34,705 nucleotides of DNA, taken from positions 1 to 34,705 of IMG/VR virus record IMGVR_UViG_3300044723_008891. One strand, 5' to 3'. This DNA is from a virus (taxonomy: Duplodnaviria > Caudoviricetes). Shown here one piece after another: positions 27,289-34,312 of the stretch. Under the pieces are notes generated by a model. It had not been told where the DNA came from. It ran no database searches and saw only the letters and a program-made list of their open reading frames with translations. The position numbers and the translations under genes are program-made. Each line of letters starts with the position of its first letter. Within the stretch, counting starts at the first letter, position 1.

Positions 27289-27933
27289 ATGACAGATTAT
27301 AAACTTCCTTTTGCTAATGGTAATCATCCACGAACGGATGAAGAAAAAGAACAAATTATCGAGAATGCAGCGAAAGCCTATGAAAAATATATGGACGCGT
27401 TGGGATTTGATTGGAGATCGGATCCTAATAGTGCAGACACACCACGTCGTGTTGCGAAAGCGTTTGTGAATGATCTAGCAGCTGGTTGTTATGACAATCC
27501 ACCCAAGATCACCACTTTTGATAATGTTGATCAGTATGATGGTCTTGTGTTTCAGGGCAACATCAAAACCAATAGTTTTTGTTCACATCATCATCTGCCT
27601 TTCATTGGTCAAACACATGTTGCTTATATACCTGGTAAAGACGGTAAAGTGATTGGTTTGAGCAAACTGAATAGAATTGTGGAGTGGTTCAGCAGAAGAC
27701 CGCAAGTGCAAGAGAATTTAACCATGCAAATACACAAGTACATAAACGAAGTATGTGAAGATAACAAAGGTGTCGCGGTGTTGGTTGAAGCTAATCACAC
27801 ATGTGCTGGCTTGAGAGGTGTGAAGCATGACAGTACCATGAAGACAGCCAGAATGAGTGGTGCGTTTTTGGATCGCGAAGATATCAACACACGCCAAGAA
27901 TTTTATGATTTTGTTAGGGATTTGAAAAGATGA
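27289..27933 (+). CDS. folE: GTP cyclohydrolase I
   Basis: DTPRRVAK, SFCSHHHLPFIG, GLSKLNRIV, RPQVQENLT, EANHTC..RGV, TRQEF. Confidence 0.95.
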   Translation: MTDYKLPFANGNHPRTDEEKEQIIENAAKAYEKYMDALGFDWRSDPNSADTPRRVAKAFVNDLAAGCYDNPPKITTFDNVDQYDGLVFQGNIKTNSFCSHHHLPFIGQTHVAYIPGKDGKVIGLSKLNRIVEWFSRRPQVQENLTMQIHKYINEVCEDNKGVAVLVEANHTCAGLRGVKHDSTMKTARMSGAFLDREDINTRQEFYDFVRDLKR

Positions 27934-28061
27934 GTAATATAGACTGTATCTCAGGTGTATGTGGACACACAATGCACACGTTTAACGGAGCTAGTATGAT
28001 CGTGCTAGCGGTGATATGTACAACCGCTATTTACATGGCGGTCAGGAGTCGGATCAATTAG
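27930..28061 (+). CDS. Small single-pass membrane protein (43 aa), not in the ORF track
   Basis: ATGA overlap with the folE stop; MSNIDCISGVCGHTMHTFNGASMIVLAVICTTAIYMAVRSRIN; fills the gap exactly. Confidence 0.55.
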   Translation: MSNIDCISGVCGHTMHTFNGASMIVLAVICTTAIYMAVRSRIN

Positions 28062-28522
28062 TCGGTCTCACCACGAACAGCCGCTTTGACAGCTTCCGCA
28101 GCTTCAAGCTTCTTTTTGAGCATGTCAACATACACATGTAATTGACCTTGTTTTGCGTACTGTTCGATTTTATCAGCTGGTGGGTTCAATATCAAACTCT
28201 TGAGTGAATCGATCTCAGCATCCACTTCGTCCGGTTCGCGTGGTGTGTCTGGAATTGCTCCATCGATAGGTTCAACCGGATCACCGAGAGGTTCATCACC
28301 AACTGGTTCAACTGTATCACCGGTAACAGGAACATCACCTGTGACACTCGCAACAACATCGTCACTCTCTTCCTTCACGTCTTTCTTTTTACACACCTTG
28401 TCTTTTGAACAGTAATATTCATCATCCTTGCAACTGTTCTCAGGAGAGTGTGTGGTCTCAGCAATCGAAGCGTAAGCTTCAGAGAGTAAATCTCGTTCTT
28501 GTTTCCAGGTCTTGTTATGCAT
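28058..28522 (-). CDS. Acidic/Pro-rich late protein (154 aa), possible head core or internal protein
   Basis: ATAAATA at 28528-28534; LLSEAY...IAE, VKEE; EP(V/L/I)(G/D) repeats. Confidence 0.7.
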   Translation of the reverse strand: MHNKTWKQERDLLSEAYASIAETTHSPENSCKDDEYYCSKDKVCKKKDVKEESDDVVASVTGDVPVTGDTVEPVGDEPLGDPVEPIDGAIPDTPREPDEVDAEIDSLKSLILNPPADKIEQYAKQGQLHVYVDMLKKKLEAAEAVKAAVRGETD

Positions 28523-28540
28523 ATAGATATTTATGCATAT

Positions 28541-28720
28541 TTAATCGTTATTTTTAGCTTCTTGAATCTCTTTTCTACGATCCTTACAAAGCTTGGTAAT
28601 TTCCATCAACGCCTTTCTGGCCCGTGTACCGGCGGCTTTGTTACCTTTTTCATTGAATTTGTCATTCTCGCTAGTGTATTGCTCGAACAGAGCTAGGATA
28701 GATTCATGTGTGTTACTCAT
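28541..28720 (-). CDS. Histone H1-like (Hc1-type) small basic DNA-binding protein (59 aa), not in the ORF track
   Basis: MSNTHESILALFEQYTSENDKFNEKGNKAAGTRARKALMEITKLCKDRRKEIQEAKNND; KGNKAAGTRARK is the family hallmark; TATAAATA at 28727-28734. Confidence 0.88.
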   Translation of the reverse strand: MSNTHESILALFEQYTSENDKFNEKGNKAAGTRARKALMEITKLCKDRRKEIQEAKNND

Positions 28721-28775
28721 ACAATCTATTTATACATGAATATAGAAAAATACAGGATAAAACATAAATAATCAC

Positions 28776-29054
28776 ATGGCAAACACAACCAAACATGAAA
28801 ATATACTGCTAGAACAAGCTTATCTGAGTATGTATGACGAGAAAGTGAACGAGATACTCAAGAACAACAATGTTCATGAATCTTCAGAGGAAGAGCCAGA
28901 GGATGACAAGATGGCAGCTGCTGTTGCTATACAACAGACAGCAGATGAGGTTGAGGATCAAGGTGGTGAAGTTAATCAACAACTACAAAAAGCCAAACAA
29001 GAGTCTGAGAAGTATGTGAACGACAAAATTAGTCAGTTCAAGAGCAAAAGTTAG
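28776..29054 (+). CDS. Acidic hypothetical late protein (92 aa)
   Basis: ATAAATA at 28764-28770, 5 nt before the ATG. Confidence 0.72.
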   Translation: MANTTKHENILLEQAYLSMYDEKVNEILKNNNVHESSEEEPEDDKMAAAVAIQQTADEVEDQGGEVNQQLQKAKQESEKYVNDKISQFKSKS

Positions 29055-30379
29055 CGGCTAAACTTCAAACTGCCTAGTATCTGATTGACTGGTGCGAATA
29101 TCCCAGTGAATTTGTAGATTCTCGGTTCTGATTCACCATCCGGTGTGTATGTGAACGTCAAACCTTCACTGGGCACGATGTTGTCCAGACCTCCAAGTTT
29201 GTTGATCATTTTCAACTCGTGTTGCAGTTTGTCCATCAACGATATATCACCAGTAGCCTCAATCTCTCGAGTGACTTCTTCGATGCCTTGACGGATCTCT
29301 TGAACAGCTTGTGATGGATTGAGTGTCAACAGATTGGAAATGTTTTTGTTCAGCTCCACACCCAGCTTCAAGAACAACGCTTTGAGTGGTTCTATCATGT
29401 TGTTGTAGTGTGTTTTGAGCTCACCACTACGTTCAGTGGCTCCCACCCATTGTAAAAACTCTTTGTTGTCAACCACACCTTTCAAATCTGGCAATCTGCT
29501 CAAAGCAACAGAATTGTAATCGGTTGGTCGTTTACCTGGCGTGAGCATCTTGAATGCCCAACGATACGCTATACGTTTGAGTGTGTCTGGTTGTACGTTG
29601 TACCCAAACTCACGAGCTCCGTTCTGAACCACACCACTCATGTAGCTGATCCAGTAGTCACCCACGTTGTTGCTCGGGTTGAGTCCGTGTTGACTCATCA
29701 AGTTGTTTAAAGTCCCAAGATACTCACCAATGGTTGTTTCAAAATTCTTCACTTCTGGTAGTTTCATCAACGGCATGCTGGTGATTGTGAATTTGTCCTG
29801 TACGTGTTGGTTGATTTGTTCGATCATGCCAGCCATCATGCGACCGTACTCGTTGAAATCACCATCAACTGTGTTGCCATCTTCATCATACTCTCGGAAA
29901 TTGTGCAACACGATCAATTCATGATTGTAAGGAATCACATTCACTGTGGCCGGCCAGATAACTTCAACATTGATCCATCTTTTACCATCAGCAAACAACA
30001 ATTGCTTCTGTCTGTCACTCAACGCCAGAATGGCTTTCTCAAGATCCTTGGCCGCGAACGTGAATGCTTCTTTCACGTTGTCGTTCGGATGTTCTCCAAA
30101 GAAACTAGCAATGCCTTTGCTACCTCGGATAGCATTTTTACCAAATGCCTTGTAATGTCCTTTGTTACGTGCAAAAATCACACGATTGGCACGATGACTC
30201 ACAGCTAATGCTTGTCCATCGGTCTTCTCTTTGACTTCTCCTTTGATTCCACCGGTCAACGCTTGTTTGATTATGCGTTGCAGGTCTTCAAACTGCAAAG
30301 TGTAATCCTCGTGCACGTTCATCATGTGACCATATGCGCCACCTTCTTCTATCACTCTGTTGTATGCTTTGAAGTTCAT
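29051..30379 (-). CDS. Ligase-fold nucleotidyltransferase-like protein (possibly DUF6267-related), 442 aa
   Basis: EGGAYGHM N-terminus; EKTDG (motif I, KxDG), ARNK, NVEVI, SEGLTF (motif IV), YKFTG (motif V). Confidence 0.65.
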   Translation of the reverse strand: MNFKAYNRVIEEGGAYGHMMNVHEDYTLQFEDLQRIIKQALTGGIKGEVKEKTDGQALAVSHRANRVIFARNKGHYKAFGKNAIRGSKGIASFFGEHPNDNVKEAFTFAAKDLEKAILALSDRQKQLLFADGKRWINVEVIWPATVNVIPYNHELIVLHNFREYDEDGNTVDGDFNEYGRMMAGMIEQINQHVQDKFTITSMPLMKLPEVKNFETTIGEYLGTLNNLMSQHGLNPSNNVGDYWISYMSGVVQNGAREFGYNVQPDTLKRIAYRWAFKMLTPGKRPTDYNSVALSRLPDLKGVVDNKEFLQWVGATERSGELKTHYNNMIEPLKALFLKLGVELNKNISNLLTLNPSQAVQEIRQGIEEVTREIEATGDISLMDKLQHELKMINKLGGLDNIVPSEGLTFTYTPDGESEPRIYKFTGIFAPVNQILGSLKFSR

Positions 30380-31464
30380 TATATTGTTGCTATAGACGGA
30401 TCCAAATTTTCAAGAGTTATAACCCCTGCACCGATTCTTCTTTTTTTGATCATTTCCGGTACTTCTTTTAAATCAAAAATAACATATCTACTGTAAAATT
30501 TTGTCGCACTAGTATTAATAAAAATAAAGCTAGACACTTTATGCTCATTAGCATAATTCATGAAATAAACAGTATTCATTAATATTCTTGCATCTTCTGG
30601 AGTTTTGAATTTAAAATTTTTGGCTCTCAAACCAGAATTTGGGTAGGCCATCTCGTTGAACTCGTCAATTGCTTTCGCGACAACCTCCGGTTTTTCACGT
30701 TGCGCTAATCCGGAGATAATCGCGCTCAATGCACGCTCTGTTATACCATGCTCAAGGGCCAATCTACCTAGTGTTGTAGTCTCAAAATTACCAAAAGCTC
30801 TATCTCTCTTTCCTAGCCTAGCATCTGTACCTTTCACCTCAAGATATTTACCGTTCCAAACTAAATCACCTTCACCGGCACCACCTTGAGATACATCCTT
30901 GAACAATGCTGCCATTCCCATTTCACCTTTACCTACACCTCTACCAGATTCGGTTCCTTTAAGTTCGATCAATTGCCGCAGTGTATCAACAGATATCTTT
31001 GTTTTCTTGTTTAAAATATCTACCATTATACCATCCCGGGGCATATCAGATAAATTCAATGGTGAATTAATATAATCAATATAAGATTGCAGATCATTAT
31101 TACTAGATAATATTTGTATTATCCATTCTATAATATCTCCCTCGACAATTGTTGTTGATGTGAGATTATGTGTGTTTAGATACTGTGTTATTTTTGTTTT
31201 AAAAGGTTTTATTGATAGATACTGATTAATGTAATTTAAATCATCTTGACCCAACAGTTTTTGAGAGTCTAGACTATGTAAAATCTTAAAAATATCTTGC
31301 TTAGTTGTCTTCTTAACCGGTGCATCCGTATGTGGTTCCGCATATGGGTCTGTAACAGTACCTAATACCTCAGTATACAATTCACTCTCACGCCGTGGAG
31401 CATGATATCCATCACCGCGACGAACACCTTCGTACAAATTTCTCAGATCACGATCACTCATCAC
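30379..31464 (-). CDS. PD-(D/E)xK restriction-endonuclease-like protein (361 aa)
   Basis: GVGKGEMGM...GDLVWNGKYLEVKG gives an E...D...ExK catalytic pattern. Confidence 0.62.
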   Translation of the reverse strand: MMSDRDLRNLYEGVRRGDGYHAPRRESELYTEVLGTVTDPYAEPHTDAPVKKTTKQDIFKILHSLDSQKLLGQDDLNYINQYLSIKPFKTKITQYLNTHNLTSTTIVEGDIIEWIIQILSSNNDLQSYIDYINSPLNLSDMPRDGIMVDILNKKTKISVDTLRQLIELKGTESGRGVGKGEMGMAALFKDVSQGGAGEGDLVWNGKYLEVKGTDARLGKRDRAFGNFETTTLGRLALEHGITERALSAIISGLAQREKPEVVAKAIDEFNEMAYPNSGLRAKNFKFKTPEDARILMNTVYFMNYANEHKVSSFIFINTSATKFYSRYVIFDLKEVPEMIKKRRIGAGVITLENLDPSIATI

Positions 31465-31820
31465 AAATCAGGATGTGGGTAGTTGTTGCGAACAATTCTG
31501 CTCACCAACTCTTGCATCTCTTCTAAATTTTCTGTGTCAACTATCTTGGTCAATCGGGCGTAATCAACATCATCGATGTGTTTGGGTGCCATGATCAACG
31601 CTTTTCTGATCATCTCCACATAATCCACCTTCATCTTGGCTGTGTCATCATCACCTTTCTCTTCTTCACCTGGCAACTCACTCTCTGGAGTCTCTTCTGC
31701 TGCCGGTGGCGGTGGTGCCCCGGCTGCCGCGGCTGGATCCGCCGCTTCTGGTGGAGGTGGTGGTTCTTGTTCGTTCAACACACTCATTTTTTCTTCGATC
31801 ATTGATAAAAATTTGTCCAT
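31461..31820 (-). CDS. Late protein with Pro/Ala-rich acidic linker (119 aa)
   Basis: ATAAATA at 31826-31832; VLNEQEPPPPPEAADPAAAAGAPPPPAAEE. Confidence 0.75.
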   Translation of the reverse strand: MDKFLSMIEEKMSVLNEQEPPPPPEAADPAAAAGAPPPPAAEETPESELPGEEEKGDDDTAKMKVDYVEMIRKALIMAPKHIDDVDYARLTKIVDTENLEEMQELVSRIVRNNYPHPDL

Positions 31821-31828
31821 AACAGTAT

Positions 31829-32476
31829 TTATTGAGACTGTTTTCTTTTCGCACGTGCTTTCTCGATGTCACTGTACTTATTCATATCATCACCGTACAA
31901 TTGCTTCTCAGCTGGTTGCATTCTGGACCATTGTTGTGTGATCCATTGGTCCCATTGTGCTTGATTGCCGGTGCCGGGTCTGCTCTGTGAATTGATTGTG
32001 GAACCTTGTATGTTCAGACTATTTAGTTGTTGTTTTGTGACACCGGGCTTGCTGGCCATTTGTTGTTCCGCTGAGTAGCGTTGAAAACCTTTGAGACCTC
32101 GCCACTGTTTGTAGTTAGGATCAGTATTAGCAAGCTGTTCCATTTTTTGATTAACATCCGCATATACAGCTTGTTGTGCTGCCGTCATTCGCTCCCATGA
32201 GGCTTTGATACGATTTTGCAGGTCTATATCACCTTGTGTTTTGCCTATATCACCCAATCCTTGCGCCATGTCGCTAACAGCACTCCCCATATCACCTTTT
32301 TTAGTAGCGTCTTTGAATTTACTAGCGGTATTTGCGAATTGGTCAATGCCTCTACTGAGGCTGCCCAGCATACCCTCCAAAATACTGTTGGTAGTCACTT
32401 TGACTGGTTGGTTACTCTTTGTTTCGAGGTACACATCAGACATTTCTTGTAGTTTGCTGTTAAAGTGATTATCCAT
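31829..32476 (-). CDS. Gln-rich hypothetical late protein (215 aa)
   Basis: TATAAATA at 32485-32492; internal repeat WERMTAAQQAVY / WSRMQPAEKQLY. Confidence 0.75.
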   Translation of the reverse strand: MDNHFNSKLQEMSDVYLETKSNQPVKVTTNSILEGMLGSLSRGIDQFANTASKFKDATKKGDMGSAVSDMAQGLGDIGKTQGDIDLQNRIKASWERMTAAQQAVYADVNQKMEQLANTDPNYKQWRGLKGFQRYSAEQQMASKPGVTKQQLNSLNIQGSTINSQSRPGTGNQAQWDQWITQQWSRMQPAEKQLYGDDMNKYSDIEKARAKRKQSQ

Positions 32477-32483
32477 TGTTAAA

Positions 32484-33071
32484 TTATTTATAAGCCATGC
32501 CCTTTATCTTCAGATTATCTGTGTAATGTTTGGTCAGATAGTTTAGTTTGTATTTATCTGTAAATTTTTTAAATTTCTCCATATTGATCGGCTTGACACG
32601 TGTGTTTTTTATGTTGTTGATAGTCTCAACATACTTGCCCTTGTTTGTGTTGTAATATTGCACAAATGTGTTGAATTTGACCTCACCAACAAACAGTTTG
32701 ACAGGCAATATATTTTTTATTTGTTTGAGAAATCGATTCATGAACAACACAAAATCTGATCTGTTATCATGCTTCACACCTTTGCGTGTTTTTTTATTCT
32801 CACATTGCTTGAAATCACATTTAATGTCCTTATCACAATAATAAACAACCACTCGGTCATCAGTCTTGCAATTGGATACTACATCACATATCTCTTTGAT
32901 CAAATAATAATAATATATTTTCTTAGTGTCTTGTGATCTCACATTAAAGTCGTTAAACCTGTCATAAGTAAACAAGTCCTGCACGATCTTTTTGTATGCA
33001 TCATAAAATAAAAACTCAAAATTGATCACATACAGACCGTGACTCTTGAGCTCGACATATCTCAATTGCAT
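32484..33071 (-). CDS. Hypothetical protein, possibly a degenerate T4 RNase H/5'-nuclease-like fold
   Basis: Order of structural elements resembles the T4 RNase H N-domain, but acidic catalytic motifs are missing; TTGCGG-N17-TAATAT upstream. Confidence 0.6.
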   Translation of the reverse strand: MQLRYVELKSHGLYVINFEFLFYDAYKKIVQDLFTYDRFNDFNVRSQDTKKIYYYYLIKEICDVVSNCKTDDRVVVYYCDKDIKCDFKQCENKKTRKGVKHDNRSDFVLFMNRFLKQIKNILPVKLFVGEVKFNTFVQYYNTNKGKYVETINNIKNTRVKPINMEKFKKFTDKYKLNYLTKHYTDNLKIKGMAYK

Positions 33072-33085
33072 GTAATGATATTACA

Positions 33086-33586
33086 TCACTTCTCACATAA
33101 CCGCAACAAATTTGCTTTATGTTTCTCAAAAAAACCAACCAGTGGTGTGATGTAATAATATTTTTTGTATAGTATATAATTGACATCCTTCAGCTCATTA
33201 CATGTTTTGAACACATTTCTTGTGAAACATACAAAACTACCTTGATTGTTTATTTTGAATATCAAGAACCAGACTTTGTCACGAGATCTGGATTGTTCTA
33301 TCCAATCATCGAGTTCTTTGTTCTCGGTAAGCAACTTAGCAAATGAGAATGATTTACGTGACTTGCACTCTATTTTCATTTTGTACAGGTTGTCTGGTGG
33401 TATCAAATCACCTTCCAACAACAATTTTTGTGTGTCGGTCAACCGATCCAATATTTTCGCGTTCATACCACCGGTCATGGCACCACTAGTGGGCACACGG
33501 GTGAAGTTGCTACCGAACACCTCTGAAAGATGCTGTGCAACCACACGCTCGAAATTATTACCTTTGGCTTTTTGTCGTGATGGCAT
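33086..33586 (-). CDS. Holliday junction resolvase, Hjc-like PD-(D/E)xK
   Basis: KAKGNNFERVVA, RVPTSGA, GDLIPP, IECK, WIEQS; GTAAATA at 33592-33598. Confidence 0.82.
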   Translation of the reverse strand: MPSRQKAKGNNFERVVAQHLSEVFGSNFTRVPTSGAMTGGMNAKILDRLTDTQKLLLEGDLIPPDNLYKMKIECKSRKSFSFAKLLTENKELDDWIEQSRSRDKVWFLIFKINNQGSFVCFTRNVFKTCNELKDVNYILYKKYYYITPLVGFFEKHKANLLRLCEK

Positions 33587-33594
33587 GCCAGTAT

Positions 33595-33870
33595 TTACAT
33601 CTCAGTATTGAAAGGTCTACGTTGTGTTGGTATCAGCACTTCGATGCTACCGTTTCTTTTTGATCGCTTTTTTTTCTTTGTGTTCGTTGTAGGCTTGGCA
33701 TCCTTCTTACCACCTTTGGGTAGTCTCATGTCCCCTGGTGCATAAAAATCTTGGACCGGGGTTGTTGCTCCACCATGACCCATGCTTGCTGCGTCACCAA
33801 AGACACCACCAGCTCCTGCCATGTTATCTTCTTGTAAGTGTTTGCGAAAGAGCGATTCAAAAATTTTCAT
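33595..33870 (-). CDS. Hypothetical protein (91 aa; start reassigned to MKIFESLF)
   Basis: The longer ORF-track version overlaps uvsY on the opposite strand; DFYAPGDMRLPK motif and basic C-terminus. Confidence 0.7.
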   Translation of the reverse strand: MKIFESLFRKHLQEDNMAGAGGVFGDAASMGHGGATTPVQDFYAPGDMRLPKGGKKDAKPTTNTKKKKRSKRNGSIEVLIPTQRRPFNTEM

Positions 33871-33916
33871 TTGATATTTGATTAAAGTTATACTATTATT
33901 TATGTTACCAAGTGTA

Positions 33917-34312
33917 ATGAAACAATTAGAAGAATATATCAAAGAGATGGGTAATGATGTTGACCTGGATGAGTTCAATTTGAAAGACACTCAGCTCAAA
34001 TTACCTGCCTTGAAACATAAATGGGTGGGCCGGCTGATCAGACACAAAAATGAGTTGGAGAGATACCAATCTAGCAGAGATGTGATGATCAAACAAGTGG
34101 CACAAGAGATAATCGAACAAGCTACATATCAAGTCACACTGCCATCAGCACAAAAAGCTGCAGAGAAACACACAACTATAAAAAAGATAGACGAGAACAT
34201 CCGTGAGCAGAAGTTGATAATCGATTTTCTAGAAAAAGGTGAGAAAATTTTCAGCGGTATGGGATTCGATATCAAAAACATAATTGAAATCATGAAGCTT
34301 GAAACTTTATGA
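33917..34312 (+). CDS. uvsY: Recombination mediator UvsY-like protein (start 33917 or 33902)
   Basis: DVDLDEFNL...KLPALKHKW...LEK.EK..SGMGFDIKNIIE; directly upstream of the UvsW-like helicase, the two being neighbours in T4-like phages. Confidence 0.75.
   Translation: MKQLEEYIKEMGNDVDLDEFNLKDTQLKLPALKHKWVGRLIRHKNELERYQSSRDVMIKQVAQEIIEQATYQVTLPSAQKAAEKHTTIKKIDENIREQKLIIDFLEKGEKIFSGMGFDIKNIIEIMKLETL

Noticed and set aside
31690-31765. Local GC-rich patch as a possible structured RNA or insertion
   Set aside because: It is explained by Pro/Ala codons of the 119-aa protein linker.
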